Positions 9,859 through 21,754 of a DNA stretch of 64,000 bases are shown here, in pieces. Within the stretch, counting starts at the first letter, position 1. Each line of letters starts with the position of its first letter. The translations under genes were made by a program, and so were the position numbers. Source of the DNA: Cyanobacteriota bacterium (GTDB lineage: Bacteria > Cyanobacteriota > Cyanobacteriia > Cyanobacteriales > Nostocaceae); contig JBJOKS010000006.1 of the NCBI GenBank assembly GCA_046045965.1, positions 96,001 to 160,000 on the forward strand. The letters run 5' to 3'. The notes below the pieces were generated by a model. It saw nothing but the letters and a program-made list of their open reading frames with translations, did not search any database and had not been told where the DNA came from.

Positions 9859-11568
9859 CTATTTAATTTTCTTAAGTTCTAGAAAAATGTCATATTGCTG
9901 ACTACGACTATCGTTGACAGCAGTTGTCACTCCAACTGTACGTATTGCATTCAGTAATGCTTGTTGACTGGGAGACATAGTATTGGTATTGAAAGTAAAA
10001 CTTTTAATGCTCCGTTCCATATCCAAGAAAAACAGACCCTTAGCGGGATTCAATTCTTGAGGAACAGTTTGTTGAAAAGAGAGAGTGCTGGCTAGTGTGT
10101 GATTAGGTTGGGTAACAATTTTATCGCTAATAGGAGCGCCTAAAACAAAAAAAAGCACATCCTCATCTAACCAACCATGAGTAGCAGTTAAAGTCCCAAA
10201 AGGTGAAATCCAATTCACAACAGGTTTACCCGTAATATTAGCTGATTCGACTTTAAACTGGTATTGATTTTTCACCACATCATCGAGATTTTGTAAAGCA
10301 GCTTCAGCAGATTGACGTAAATTACCCTGAGCATCACTAGCCTTAATCATAAACACCAAACCCGCCCGAAAATTATCCGGTGCTGCATCTTTGGGAGTAT
10401 TGGGAATTACAGCAACGGAAAATTCCCCTTGCATCCAACTCAGTAAATCTTGTTCTAAATCTAAATTTGTCAGAGATTTTACACTCTGTCGCAGTTGTTC
10501 AGGCTTGATAGGTGACAAAGGATTTCCCTTGGAAGTAGAAACATAGTCTGTCCACAAACGCTGTAAGTTACTACCAGACCACATCATTAAAGTTTCACTA
10601 GGAAGGCGATTTTGCATACTTCCAGCTTTATTTTCTACCGCCAGCACGCGCTTACTATTAGGGTTTAACCAAGAAACAGCCTTTAAACGCATTCCTTGTG
10701 GTTCTAAAGTGACACTTCCCGCCAAACCTTGGTTACTCTGGAGTTGCGTCAATACCTGAGCGGGTAAACGCCGATTTGGAGCTATAGCTGCTATTTTGGC
10801 AGCGATCGGTACATTGACATAAAATTGAGCCAATGGTTTATAACTGCTCATTTTTGAGAAATTTGTAGCAAAACCGCCTAATGTTGCTAAAGATACTTTA
10901 TTTTTATAAGCATCAATCGTCCTCTCCGTAGCTTTAGGATGATCTGTAATTACAATAAAACGCTGATCTATTAATGCTGCGGAAAGTTTTACCCCAGCTT
11001 GTCCTTCGGTTTGTTTAATGGAGATACCTTGATAATTGCGCTCAATCCATTTACCTTGTTTCAATGGTTTAGGTCGTGCCAACATACTTTTAGCCACTTC
11101 TGGATTTTTGATCGGCAAAACCATCACCATTGACTGTTCAGAAGTATCAGCATCTGTTCCTACTGGTTTAGGTGCAGAATTATCGACTGAAGGAGCTAAA
11201 ACAGCGATAGTGACTTCATCCCCTATCCAGGGTTGAATATCTTTCTCAAAGTTGTAACCATTGTTAGTTAAAAAGCGTTCTTGCAACTTGAACAGATTTT
11301 TATCCAGTTGCTTTTGAATTTCTGGCGTTCCAAACTCCCTTAACTTTTGCCACTGTTGAGTATCTGTTGTCAAAGAAACTGCAAACAAAGCATCTTCAGG
11401 AATAATATTTGTACCCGCTGGCAAATTTCTAGAAAATGGTTGTCCTACGGTCAAAAACCAATAAGCTGCACTTCCAGCACCAATTAATAACCCCGCTGCT
11501 GATAGCGTTAGCACCAAAGACGGTTTCTTTTTTTTCTTCATCACACCAGACACAATAGGTAGTGCCAT
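9859..11568 (-). CDS. DUF3352 domain protein
   Basis: N-terminal TM anchor; DIQPWIGDEVTIA and LLSWMQGEF motifs. Confidence 0.75.
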   Translation of the reverse strand: MALPIVSGVMKKKKKPSLVLTLSAAGLLIGAGSAAYWFLTVGQPFSRNLPAGTNIIPEDALFAVSLTTDTQQWQKLREFGTPEIQKQLDKNLFKLQERFLTNNGYNFEKDIQPWIGDEVTIAVLAPSVDNSAPKPVGTDADTSEQSMVMVLPIKNPEVAKSMLARPKPLKQGKWIERNYQGISIKQTEGQAGVKLSAALIDQRFIVITDHPKATERTIDAYKNKVSLATLGGFATNFSKMSSYKPLAQFYVNVPIAAKIAAIAPNRRLPAQVLTQLQSNQGLAGSVTLEPQGMRLKAVSWLNPNSKRVLAVENKAGSMQNRLPSETLMMWSGSNLQRLWTDYVSTSKGNPLSPIKPEQLRQSVKSLTNLDLEQDLLSWMQGEFSVAVIPNTPKDAAPDNFRAGLVFMIKASDAQGNLRQSAEAALQNLDDVVKNQYQFKVESANITGKPVVNWISPFGTLTATHGWLDEDVLFFVLGAPISDKIVTQPNHTLASTLSFQQTVPQELNPAKGLFFLDMERSIKSFTFNTNTMSPSQQALLNAIRTVGVTTAVNDSRSQQYDIFLELKKIK

Positions 11569-11648
11569 AGCAACTAATACCTATAATTGGATAAGGTTAA
11601 GATTCCCGACTTGTTATATTAGTCGAAAATCTTGTTGTTGGCTGCAAA

Positions 11649-12278
11649 TCATTGGTTCTCATTTAGTGGTTTTATCTGTGTCTGACCCAGATATTTAGTT
11701 AAATAAGGTGAAAAAACCTCATAAATTAAGGTTAGAGGCTGTCCATGATGCCAAAACAAATAATGACGACCCCAAAAAGGACCAGCTTGATCAAATCCTG
11801 ACTCCAGCGCCTCTGAGTAACCACAGTAAATTCCTCGAATATCTCGATACAACTCAGTGCGGATACGTGCTAAACTTGCCCAAATTGGCAAAGAACGGTT
11901 TTGCAAAAATTCATCTACATGACTGGCTTCCCACCAGGAAGTAGCATAACCCAATCTTTGACCGGAGGCAGAACGCAGCCATACCTGTCGGCGCAGTCGT
12001 GGACCTGGGACTGCTTCAATTAAGCTAGGCGCGTGATCCGAGTTCATGCCAATTAAAGACATATCAATGACATCCACTTCTATCGGTTCAGAAGTGAGTA
12101 ATTGTAAATGTCTGGTTGGAGAACCATCACCCAATAGTAGCAATTGCCATGCTGGTGCTAACTGAGTGTGAGGCAACCCTTTTTGAATCTCTTCTTCTTC
12201 ACCTTGCCAAATAGGATCTAGGCAATGCCAAGCGGTTGGCAGTGTTAAGTTATTTGTGGGCGTAACAATAGTAGTCAA
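11649..12278 (-). CDS. Chorismate lyase (UbiC-like, DUF98)
   Basis: LLLGDGSPTRHL, RRQVWL, WGRHY, LIYEVFSP. Confidence 0.85.
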   Translation of the reverse strand: MTTIVTPTNNLTLPTAWHCLDPIWQGEEEEIQKGLPHTQLAPAWQLLLLGDGSPTRHLQLLTSEPIEVDVIDMSLIGMNSDHAPSLIEAVPGPRLRRQVWLRSASGQRLGYATSWWEASHVDEFLQNRSLPIWASLARIRTELYRDIRGIYCGYSEALESGFDQAGPFWGRHYLFWHHGQPLTLIYEVFSPYLTKYLGQTQIKPLNENQ

Positions 12279-12949
12279 TGTTGTTTACAAAACTTCACCT
12301 ATTTCTATGAAAGCACAAAAAACCCAGTCTCCCAACGGGATTCTGGATAAAATATGCTGACAAGTATTTTTGTACTCTTGCTACTAGTTTGGTGACTTGG
12401 TACTGTGAATCATCTACTAAGTGTTAGTGATAGGTAGGTACTATAGTATGTCTGTATTGGTTGTTTACTGAATTTACCTGTTGTATAGTTGGTTATTGAG
12501 TAATTTTTTGACCACTGAATTACACCTGCACTTAGTTATTGATTTTAATTTATATCAATTACCATAATATCATAATTCTTTGACAACATCATAGGTAAAT
12601 TTTCCTTGTTCAGTCTGGCTGCTTGGGAAAGCAACCCTTTCTACCCAAACTCCATCATGAAATTCTCTAATGTACTATAAAAAATAGAGATGGCTCATGT
12701 AAACTTAATCAAGTGGGAGTCAAAAGCACAAAGGTCTTTGAGTATTGTAAAATATAGTAGCGTCTTCATTGATTCGATACGCTTCATAAACGCGAAAAGT
12801 TGTATCTCCGTGAGAAAGCGATAGCCCGTTAGTAAAACAACGGCATTACTAACCATAGCAGCTTTCGCCGCGCAACAGAGGAATTTACATTGACCGAAAT
12901 TACAACCAATAAACGCGATTATAAGAAATATATACCCTGAGAATCATCT

Positions 12950-13825
12950 ATGTTCAATACAACTGAAATTATCATTGATGCTTTTGTAAATCAACTACGA
13001 GCAGGTTATCAACGTACCTACGGCGGTTTAAAAACAGATCATCAAGACATCATAGCTTGGGCTGGTAACATGGCTTTGGAAAACATAGCCAACAGCGATG
13101 CTTTATATCACAATGTTGAACACTCTGTTCTCGTTACCCTCGTTGGACAAGAAATTTTGCGCGGTAGACACATCCGAGAAGGAGGAGTTTCCAGTGAAGA
13201 TTGGTTACACGTGATCATCTCCTTATTATGTCATGATATTGGCTATGTCAAAGGAGTTTGTCGCGAAGACCAAGAAACAGAAAGCCTATATGCTACAGGA
13301 CAAAATGGTAACATGGTTTCTCTTCCTGCTGGTGCTTCTGATGCCAGTCTCACACCCTATCATGTAGATCGGGCTAAACTCTTTATTGATGAAAGATTTG
13401 GTGGACATCCTTTAATAGATGCGGAAGCAATTAAGAACAATATTGAATTAACAAGGTTTCCAGTTCCTAGCGCCGATGATCATCAAGATACCACCCACTT
13501 TGCTGGCTTAGTACGGGCTGCTGACTTGATTGGGCAATTAAGTGATCCCCGTTACTTGAAAAAAATCACAAGTTTATTTTACGAATTTGAAGAAACTGGA
13601 ATCAATAAAGCTTTAGGCTATAAAAACCCTGGAGATTTACGTAAAAACTACTCCAAATTTTACTGGAATGGAGTCTATCCTTATATCAAAGAAGGATTGC
13701 GTTATTTGTCTCTCACACAACAAGGAAAACAAGTTTTAGCGAATCTTTATTCCAATGTATTTGTGGTTGAACATGAAAAACAAAATGAAGAATTACGTTA
13801 TTTAGCTGAACAGTTAAATGCTTAG
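12950..13825 (+). CDS. HD-domain metal-dependent phosphohydrolase (Npun_R2479-like)
   Basis: YHNVEH, LCHDIGY, YHVDR, RAADLIGQ. Confidence 0.85.
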   Translation: MFNTTEIIIDAFVNQLRAGYQRTYGGLKTDHQDIIAWAGNMALENIANSDALYHNVEHSVLVTLVGQEILRGRHIREGGVSSEDWLHVIISLLCHDIGYVKGVCREDQETESLYATGQNGNMVSLPAGASDASLTPYHVDRAKLFIDERFGGHPLIDAEAIKNNIELTRFPVPSADDHQDTTHFAGLVRAADLIGQLSDPRYLKKITSLFYEFEETGINKALGYKNPGDLRKNYSKFYWNGVYPYIKEGLRYLSLTQQGKQVLANLYSNVFVVEHEKQNEELRYLAEQLNA

Positions 13826-14006
13826 ATAACCCAATTCAAGTAACTTCTAGTTGGGGCTGGTAATTGGTAATTGGTAATTATTGCCTTTGTTACCTGTTTC
13901 CTATCACCTGTTCTCTAACTAGCAAATTAAGTTAGGTAATTTAATTAGCCTTCTTTTATTGGTCATTAAGCTTATAGCAATCACTATTGTTTTGTGAATA
14001 AAAATT

Positions 14007-15122
14007 ATGAATTGGTGGCAGAGACTCAAGAAAAATCCTTTAGCAAGATTTGGTGCAAGCGTATTGTTAATATTTTATTTAGCAGTAATTGGTGCTGACT
14101 TTATTGCACCTTACAACCCTTACGATTCACAGCCAAATGGTTCACTACTACCACCTACTCGCATTTATTGGGCTTCTCCAGAAGGGAAATTCATCGGACC
14201 TCATATTTATCCAACAATTCAAGGAGACACAAGCCTAGAAACAGGTGAACGGAAACTAATTGTAGACTTTAAAAAACCTTCACCCCTGGGGTTATTTGTT
14301 TCCGGTCCAGAATATAGATTATTTCAACTGAGTTTACCCTTACCTCCCAAATGGGATGAAGTCACCATCATTCCTGGTATCCCTCTAAATTTGCATTTAT
14401 TTGGCTCTACTGGTGAAGCTAAATTTAACATTTTAGGTACTGATGAACAAGGAAGAGATCAATTTAGCCGTTTGCTTTATGGTGGAAGGATTAGTTTATT
14501 TATCGGTATTTTTGGCATCATCATTACCTATCCACTGGGTTTAATAATAGGTGGTATTTCCGGCTATTTTGGAGGTGTAATTGATAGTGTAATCATGCGT
14601 TTAGCAGAAGTGCTGATGACTTTTCCTAGTATTTATTTGTTAGCAGCATTATCAGGAGTTTTAAGCCCCCAATTAACCAGTACACAACGCTTTTTTCTAA
14701 TCGTTATTATTACTTCTGTAATTAGTTGGGCAGGTTTAGCTAGGGTAATTCGTGGTCAAGTTTTATCAATTAAAGAACGAGAATTTGTCCAAGCATCATT
14801 GGCAATGGGTGGTAAACCAATTTATATTATTCTCCGTCATGTTCTGCCCCAAACTGCTACTTATGTAATTATTTCTGCTACTTTGACAATTCCCAGTTTT
14901 ATTGGTGCAGAAGCAGTTCTGAGTCTCATTGGTTTAGGTATTCAACAACCTGATCCCTCATGGGGAAATATGCTTTCTCTAGCTAGTAATGCTTCGATTT
15001 TAGTATTACAACCTTGGCTGATTTTACCACCTGCAATCCTGATTATTCTCACAGTTTTAGCATTTAATTTACTGGGTGATGGTTTGCGCGATGCCCTTGA
15101 TCCCCGCAGTTTGCAAAGATAG
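14007..15122 (+). CDS. Peptide ABC transporter permease (DppC/OppC-like)
   Basis: LGTDEQGRDQFSRL, EAA-loop region, AFNLLGDGLRDALDP. Confidence 0.9.
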   Translation: MNWWQRLKKNPLARFGASVLLIFYLAVIGADFIAPYNPYDSQPNGSLLPPTRIYWASPEGKFIGPHIYPTIQGDTSLETGERKLIVDFKKPSPLGLFVSGPEYRLFQLSLPLPPKWDEVTIIPGIPLNLHLFGSTGEAKFNILGTDEQGRDQFSRLLYGGRISLFIGIFGIIITYPLGLIIGGISGYFGGVIDSVIMRLAEVLMTFPSIYLLAALSGVLSPQLTSTQRFFLIVIITSVISWAGLARVIRGQVLSIKEREFVQASLAMGGKPIYIILRHVLPQTATYVIISATLTIPSFIGAEAVLSLIGLGIQQPDPSWGNMLSLASNASILVLQPWLILPPAILIILTVLAFNLLGDGLRDALDPRSLQR

Positions 15123-15229
15123 GTAAAGATAAACAGCAAATTTCATCTTCATAAGGTACAAAAGGGCGGGCAAGATGCCCAGCCCACAAAACTTTAAATC
15201 ATCAAAAATAGAATTCCAAATCAAATCTT

Positions 15230-16255
15230 CTAATACCTAATTCTCGGATCTACATAAGCATTAAGAATATCAATCAAAATACTCGCACTCACAACAATAG
15301 CCCCAAAAAATACTAACACTCCCTGCACTGTGGGATAATCTCGGTCAGAAATTGCTTGATATAATCTATTTGCTAAACCAGGCCAGGAAAATGTTACTTC
15401 TGTTAAAATTGCTCCTCCTAATAAAGATGCAAATGTTAAACCTAAAACCGTAATTACGGGAATTAAGGCATTCTTTAAAGCATGGGAGACTAAAATCTTA
15501 TTTTCAGAAATTCCCCGCGCTCTAGCAGCTTCTACATAATCAGCTTTTAAGGTTTGTTTTAAATTTACCCTGACAATACGCTCAAAAATACCACTCAGCA
15601 AAATTCCCAAAGTTAAACTTGGTAAAGCGAGATGATGTAAAGCTGTAAAAAATTGACTGAAATTACCACTTAATAAACTATCAATTGTATATAAACCAGT
15701 AATAGTTGTCGGTGGGTTAATATTAGGAGGAAAACGGTTAGAATTAGGAAACCAACGTAATTGAACTGAGAAAATTAATTGTAATAACATTCCCGCCCAA
15801 AACATAGGAAGTGCATAGGTAATAATTCCAAATAAACGCCCACCGACATCAAAAGATGTTCCCGGACGAGAAGCGGAAAGTGTACCCACTAAAATTCCCA
15901 CAATTAAAGCCACCAGCATACTACAAACGGCTAATTCTACTGTAGCTGGAAAATGTTGGCTGATAATTTCCCACACATTTTGACCTCTACTTGTTAAAGA
16001 AGTTCCTAAATCAAAACGCAGAATTTGTCCTAAATAATTGAGGTATTGTAACCAAATAGGTAAGTCTAAACCTAGTTGTTTTCTTAATTCTTCTTTGGCA
16101 CTTTCTGGCGCACGTCCACCAAGAATTGCATCTGCGGGATCTCCTGGTGTGGCTCTCAATAAAAGAAAGACAATGCTGATAATAGTTAATAGTTGCAGTG
16201 GTGCAAAAAGCAACCGAGAAACTATGTAATACTGTAAAGCTTTAGAACGAGACAT
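15230..16255 (-). CDS. Peptide ABC transporter permease (DppB/OppB-like)
   Basis: PGDPA, DYVEAARARG, EVTFSWPG, RDYPTVQG, VDPRIRY. Confidence 0.9.
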   Translation of the reverse strand: MSRSKALQYYIVSRLLFAPLQLLTIISIVFLLLRATPGDPADAILGGRAPESAKEELRKQLGLDLPIWLQYLNYLGQILRFDLGTSLTSRGQNVWEIISQHFPATVELAVCSMLVALIVGILVGTLSASRPGTSFDVGGRLFGIITYALPMFWAGMLLQLIFSVQLRWFPNSNRFPPNINPPTTITGLYTIDSLLSGNFSQFFTALHHLALPSLTLGILLSGIFERIVRVNLKQTLKADYVEAARARGISENKILVSHALKNALIPVITVLGLTFASLLGGAILTEVTFSWPGLANRLYQAISDRDYPTVQGVLVFFGAIVVSASILIDILNAYVDPRIRY

Positions 16256-16261
16256 ATTTTA

Positions 16262-16380
<119 letters not shown>

Positions 16381-16385
16381 AATAC

Positions 16386-18044
16386 CTACTTTTTAATGTT
16401 CTTGTAAATCAAGTTTTGGGTAGGATCAAGTTTGACATCAGTTACGCCTTTTTGGGCAAATACATAATCTTTGTTTTGCCATAGGGGAACGTAAGGAACG
16501 TCTGTAACAACTTGGTTTTGAATGTCAGCAAAGATTTTTTTTCTAGCTTCTGGGTTTTGTTCTTTACGTTGTTGAGCAATGAGTTTATTCATTGTTTCAC
16601 TATAGTAAAAAGACCCTTGTGTTTGACTTCCACCGTCTTCACAACCTTTAGTTTCTGAACCTTTCTCACAAGCTAAAAATGGTTGTACGTAATTATCTGG
16701 ATCTAAAAAATCTGGATACCAATCTAGTAAAGCTATTGGATATAAACCCTTGGAAATTTCTTTAAAAAAGGTTGCACCTTCTACGGTTTTAACTTCCAGT
16801 TGTAAGATTCCATCTAGTTTAGTATCAGCCAAGGATTTTAGTGTTTGTGCTGCTAAACTCCGGGTAGGTGAACTAGCAGGATACCAAATTTGCACTTTAG
16901 CAGGATTTTGTTGGGAAAAACCAGCGGTAGTTAACAATTTTTTCGCTTCTTCAAATTTACCATCACCATATTTATCTTTAAATAATGGTTGGGAAACATT
17001 AAAGGTAGTGGGAATCATGCTGTAAAGCGGATCAGCTTGACCTAATAAAACACGTTCATTTAATAATGGACGATCAATTAATGATGCGATCGCACTTCTA
17101 ACTTCTGGTTTATCCAAAGGCTTCTGATTGCGATTCAACACCATATAACTAACTACACTACCCTGAGCGGTAATTGCTTGCCAATTTCCGTTTTTAGCAC
17201 CATCTTCTAAACTGCGAATTTGGTCTGGTTGTAAAGATAAATAAGCAACATCTACCGCACCAGTTTTAAAAGCATTAAATAAATTCACTGGACTGGTTTG
17301 AATCTGGACATTAATACCTTTATTCGCTGGTTTTTCTCCCCAATATTTGTCAAAGACATCAAATCTTAAAGAATCTGTACCATACTGGGCTAATTTATAA
17401 GCACCAGTTCCCACAAAAATATTGGGTTTAAATTTCCCCGCACCAATTTCATAAGCTTTGGGGGAAACTGGACACACTCCAGAAAATGCTAACAATGAAG
17501 GAAAAGCCGCAAAGGGTTTTTTCAGCTTAATTGTTAATTCATATTCCCCAGTAGCTTTAACTGAATCCACTGTATCAGAAAGCAGAAAAGATGGTTTACC
17601 CTTATTTTCGATAAAACGCTGGATGCTAAATTCCATTGCTTTAGCGTTAAAAGGTGTGTCATCGTGAAAAACTACTCCTTGACGTAGGGGAATAGTGTAT
17701 GTTAAACCATCTGCACTTACTTTAGGTAAAGCTGTTGCCAGTTGGGGTTTGATTTCTGTGCTACCTGGTTCGTAAGTATATAGGCGATCGCTCATATTAA
17801 ATACCAAACCCAAAGCTGCCAATTCATAAGCATCAGCGGGATCAAGAGTTCTAGGCTTTGAAGTTGTACCTATAGTAATCCGTCCATCACCAGCAGGAGT
17901 ATTGACAGCACCGGAGTTTGGTGTAGTTGTCTGTGGACTAGGAGTGCAACTAACAGCCAATAATAAACATAGAGAGAACAAAGATAGGAATTTTGTCACC
18001 CTACCCCACCGTCTCATAGACCAAGAAAACCAATTTATTACCAT
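16386..18044 (-). CDS. Peptide ABC transporter substrate-binding lipoprotein (family 5)
   Basis: Lipobox LAVSC; TLDPA, YTIPLRQGVVFHD, VGTGAYKL. Confidence 0.9.
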   Translation of the reverse strand: MVINWFSWSMRRWGRVTKFLSLFSLCLLLAVSCTPSPQTTTPNSGAVNTPAGDGRITIGTTSKPRTLDPADAYELAALGLVFNMSDRLYTYEPGSTEIKPQLATALPKVSADGLTYTIPLRQGVVFHDDTPFNAKAMEFSIQRFIENKGKPSFLLSDTVDSVKATGEYELTIKLKKPFAAFPSLLAFSGVCPVSPKAYEIGAGKFKPNIFVGTGAYKLAQYGTDSLRFDVFDKYWGEKPANKGINVQIQTSPVNLFNAFKTGAVDVAYLSLQPDQIRSLEDGAKNGNWQAITAQGSVVSYMVLNRNQKPLDKPEVRSAIASLIDRPLLNERVLLGQADPLYSMIPTTFNVSQPLFKDKYGDGKFEEAKKLLTTAGFSQQNPAKVQIWYPASSPTRSLAAQTLKSLADTKLDGILQLEVKTVEGATFFKEISKGLYPIALLDWYPDFLDPDNYVQPFLACEKGSETKGCEDGGSQTQGSFYYSETMNKLIAQQRKEQNPEARKKIFADIQNQVVTDVPYVPLWQNKDYVFAQKGVTDVKLDPTQNLIYKNIKK

Positions 18045-18514
18045 TAATTTTTTTTAATCAGCGGTCAGCCATTTTACTATATCTGTACCTTGATCAGTAA
18101 CAATTCTGCTGATGCCTTACCATCAGGAAATATATGCCAATATAACGAAATATAAGCTAATTAAGCGTTTGACGGTGATTGGGAACGATATTTTTAGGTA
18201 AAGCGAAGTAATCGCATCTGTTTACAAGCTTGCAAAGCGTTCCATCAATAGTTACACTTTTTAAAATATTCTCATTTTTGCTTGGCGATAGCCTACCTGC
18301 TCAAATAGCCACTTTCCCAAAAGTTCACAACTCAAAGGAAACCAGCGTATTAAAGCAGATAAGCATTGCTAAACCACAGGCTGATCTGTGGTAAAACTCA
18401 AGACTGGCAATAACAAAAAACTCAGAGAGTTCTCCAAGTCACGGCTTCCGTTTCCTGAGAACCTCAGTAAGAAAATTGCTTTGTAAACAAACTCTTCAAG
18501 GAGGATCGTAGTCG

Positions 18515-20044
18515 ATGGGACTACCCTGGTACCGAGTACATACAGTTGTTCTGAATGATCCAGGTCGGCTGATTTCTGTACACCTCATGCACACCGCCCT
18601 AGTCGCTGGCTGGGCTGGTTCAATGGCACTGTACGAACTAGCAGTTTACGACCCCAGTGATCCAGTTCTCAACCCCATGTGGAGACAAGGGATGTTCGTT
18701 CTTCCCTTCATGTCACGTTTAGGCGTAACTGAATCCTGGGGCGGATGGAGTGTGACTGGTGGCGCAGCAGTAGATCCTGGCTTTTGGTCATTTGAAGGCG
18801 TTGCTGCTGCTCACATCGTTCTTTCCGGTTTGTTATTCCTAGCAGCCGTTTGGCACTGGGTTTACTGGGACTTAGAACTGTTCAGAGATCCCCGTACAGG
18901 CGAACCTGCCTTAGACTTGCCAAAAATGTTTGGCATCCACCTGTTCTTATCTGGTTTACTTTGCTTCGGCTTCGGTGCTTTCCACCTCACTGGACTATTT
19001 GGTCCTGGTATGTGGGTTTCCGATGCCTTTGGTGTCACTGGCAGCATTCAACCAGTCGCACCAGAATGGGGACCTGCCGGGTTTAACCCCTTTAACCCCG
19101 GTGGTATTGTGGCTCACCACATTGCAGCTGGTGTAGTTGGTATTATCGCTGGTTTATTCCACCTCACTGTTAGACCTCCCGAAAGGCTCTATAAAGCCCT
19201 ACGGATGGGTAATATTGAAACCGTACTTTCCAGCAGTATCGCGGCAGTATTCTTTGCTGCTTTCGTAGTAGCTGGAACCATGTGGTACGGTAATGCTGCT
19301 ACCCCCATTGAATTGTTTGGTCCAACCCGCTATCAGTGGGATCAAGGCTACTTCCGTCAAGAAATTGATCGCCGTGTGCAAACCAGTGTTGCTCAAGGTG
19401 CAAGTCTAACTGAAGCTTGGGCGCAAATTCCCGAAAAACTGGCTTTCTATGACTACGTAGGCAATAGCCCCGCTAAAGGTGGTTTATTCCGTACAGGTCC
19501 AATGGTTAAGGGTGATGGTATTGCCCAATCTTGGCAAGGCCACGCAGTATTCACAGATGCAGAAGGACGCGAGTTAACTGTACGTCGTCTGCCTAACTTC
19601 TTTGAAACCTTCCCAGTGATTTTGACCGATAAAGATGGAGTTGTCCGCGCTGACATTCCTTTCCGTCGGGCTGAGTCTAAATACAGCTTTGAGCAAACAG
19701 GCGTAACTGTTAGCTTCTACGGTGGTAATCTCAACGGCAAGACCTTTACAGATCCTGCTGATGTGAAGAAATACGCTCGTAAAGCTCAAGGTGGAGAAAT
19801 CTTTGAATTTGACCGCGAAACTTTGAACTCTGATGGTGTATTCCGTACATCTCCCAGAGGTTGGTTTACCTTTGGTCACGCTGTATTTGCGCTGCTGTTT
19901 TTCTTCGGACATCTGTGGCATGGCTCTCGGACAATCTACCGAGACGTATTTGCTGGTGTGGAAGCGGATCTAGAAGAACAAGTAGAGTGGGGTCTGTTCC
20001 AGAAAGTGGGTGACAAAACCACTCGTACGCGGAAGGAAGCTTAA
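18515..20044 (+). CDS. psbB: Photosystem II CP47
   Basis: [19 protein letters not shown] start, 509 aa. Confidence 0.99.
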   Translation: MGLPWYRVHTVVLNDPGRLISVHLMHTALVAGWAGSMALYELAVYDPSDPVLNPMWRQGMFVLPFMSRLGVTESWGGWSVTGGAAVDPGFWSFEGVAAAHIVLSGLLFLAAVWHWVYWDLELFRDPRTGEPALDLPKMFGIHLFLSGLLCFGFGAFHLTGLFGPGMWVSDAFGVTGSIQPVAPEWGPAGFNPFNPGGIVAHHIAAGVVGIIAGLFHLTVRPPERLYKALRMGNIETVLSSSIAAVFFAAFVVAGTMWYGNAATPIELFGPTRYQWDQGYFRQEIDRRVQTSVAQGASLTEAWAQIPEKLAFYDYVGNSPAKGGLFRTGPMVKGDGIAQSWQGHAVFTDAEGRELTVRRLPNFFETFPVILTDKDGVVRADIPFRRAESKYSFEQTGVTVSFYGGNLNGKTFTDPADVKKYARKAQGGEIFEFDRETLNSDGVFRTSPRGWFTFGHAVFALLFFFGHLWHGSRTIYRDVFAGVEADLEEQVEWGLFQKVGDKTTRTRKEA

Positions 20045-20135
20045 ACTACGATCAAGTATGGAGTTTTATTACTTCATACTTTTTCCCAGGTTTGGTAAAC
20101 TAAGATTACTGGCCGGATAGGCAGGAACTCCTAAT

Positions 20136-20243
20136 ATGGAAAGCGTTGCATACATTTTAATTTTGACCTTGGCACTAGGTGTTCTCTTCTTTGCGATCGC
20201 ATTTCGCGAACCTCCCCGCTTTGAGAGAAAAGAGAAAGACTAA
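20136..20243 (+). CDS. psbT: Photosystem II reaction centre protein T
   Basis: Below the ORF-track cutoff; [35 protein letters not shown] directly after psbB. Confidence 0.95.
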   Translation: MESVAYILILTLALGVLFFAIAFREPPRFERKEKD

Positions 20244-20345
20244 GCAGTTAAACAGTAAAAACTGGCATTTTTTCTCAGTATTCACCATTTAGCAATTTTT
20301 CAAGTCAGATTCTTCTATCCAGACTTGTAAAAAACCTCAAAATTC

Positions 20346-20379
20346 TATCCGTTGCCTCCTCTTTAGGTAGCAACGGATA
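20346..20379. terminator. Stem-loop downstream of psbT
   Basis: TATCCGTTGC...GCAACGGATA inverted repeat. Confidence 0.55.
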
Positions 20380-20606
20380 ATATTGTGAGTCTCTGTTGCT
20401 AAAATTATCAGGCTGCAAATGCCAACAAGTGAAAAATTTTTTGATATGTGATATAATATCCTATCTGGAAGATAATATGTGTGAACCTAGCTCTTCTGCG
20501 CTAGGATTGACAAAGATGTAAGTGTAGACTTATTGAAAAGCCACCGCATATACATCGTTAACTGTGACAAAAACTTGACGGAGACTAGAACCAGGAACAA
20601 ATCAGC

Positions 20607-21656
20607 ATGGTCAATCAGAATTTAACCGCTACAGAAATTGGATTTACTCACGAAGATTTCGCTGCTCTACTCGATAAATACGATTATCATTTTAGCCCTG
20701 GTGATGTTGTACCAGGTACAGTGTTTAGTATAGAGCCGCGCGGCGCTCTGATTGACATTGGTGCTAAAACAGCAGCATACATACCTATACAGGAAATGTC
20801 TATTAACCGGGTCGATGCCCCGGAAGAAGTCTTACAATCAAACGAAACACGGGAATTTTTCATCCTCACTGATGAAAACGAAGATGGTCAGCTAACCCTG
20901 TCCATTCGTCGTATTGAATACATGAGGGCTTGGGAAAGAGTACGTCAATTACAGGCAGAAGATGCTACTGTCCGTTCTGGTGTATTTGCTACCAATCGTG
21001 GGGGCGCATTGGTAAGAATTGAGGGACTACGTGGCTTTATCCCCGGCTCCCACATTAGTACCCGCAAACCCAAAGAAGAATTGGTAGGGGAAGAATTGCC
21101 CTTAAAATTCCTAGAAGTAGACGAAGAACGCAACCGCTTAGTTCTTTCCCATCGTCGGGCGCTGGTTGAGCGGAAGATGAACCGGTTGGAAGTTGGCGAA
21201 GTGGTAATTGGTACTGTTCGCGGTATTAAACCCTACGGTGCATTCATTGATATCGGCGGTGTTAGTGGACTACTCCACATTTCTGAGATTTCCCATGAGC
21301 ATATTGACACACCTCACAGCGTGTTCAATGTCAATGATGAAGTGAAAGTAATGATCATTGACTTGGATGCAGAAAGAGGTCGGATCTCGCTGTCTACCAA
21401 GCAGTTGGAACCCGAACCCGGTGACATGATTAAGAACCGCGATTTGGTCTATGATAAGGCCGAAGAAATGGCAGCTAAGTATAGGGAACAAATGTTAGCT
21501 AAACAGCAAGGTATCACTGCTGCACCTGTGGAAGCGGTAGAAGCAGTGGAAACTGTAGAAGCTGTAGAAACTGCACCTGTGGAAGCTGTAGCTGAAGAAG
21601 AAATTCCACCAGCAACTGAAGCTGAAGAAGAGATCCCAGCAGCTGTTGAAGAGTAA
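20607..21656 (+). CDS. rpsA: 30S ribosomal protein S1
   Basis: Three S1 domains (GALIDIG, LRGFIPGSHI, SGLLHISEIS) and an acidic repetitive tail. Confidence 0.95.
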   Translation: MVNQNLTATEIGFTHEDFAALLDKYDYHFSPGDVVPGTVFSIEPRGALIDIGAKTAAYIPIQEMSINRVDAPEEVLQSNETREFFILTDENEDGQLTLSIRRIEYMRAWERVRQLQAEDATVRSGVFATNRGGALVRIEGLRGFIPGSHISTRKPKEELVGEELPLKFLEVDEERNRLVLSHRRALVERKMNRLEVGEVVIGTVRGIKPYGAFIDIGGVSGLLHISEISHEHIDTPHSVFNVNDEVKVMIIDLDAERGRISLSTKQLEPEPGDMIKNRDLVYDKAEEMAAKYREQMLAKQQGITAAPVEAVEAVETVEAVETAPVEAVAEEEIPPATEAEEEIPAAVEE

Positions 21657-21697
21657 TATACCCTTAGTTGTAATTATTTACAACTCTGTATTTGATG

Positions 21698-21721
21698 AAG
21701 AGGGATTTTCCCTCTTTTTTT
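21698..21721 (+). terminator. rpsA terminator
   Basis: AAGAGGGA-tttt-CCCTCTT followed by a T run. Confidence 0.7.
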
Positions 21722-21754
21722 ATATTCAAAATCATATTAGTGGGGTGTAATATT

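Noticed and set aside
12279..12949. 670-bp intergenic region
   Set aside because: Divergent promoter region; I found no convincing ORF, repeat or RNA structure
18850..19921. Multiple alternative-frame ORFs within psbB (likewise within rpsA, leuC, ilvA and others)
   Set aside because: Shadow ORFs caused by the codon bias of the real genes
21518..21653. AVE/EEIP repeats at the end of rpsA
   Set aside because: Low-complexity acidic tail typical of Nostocales S1
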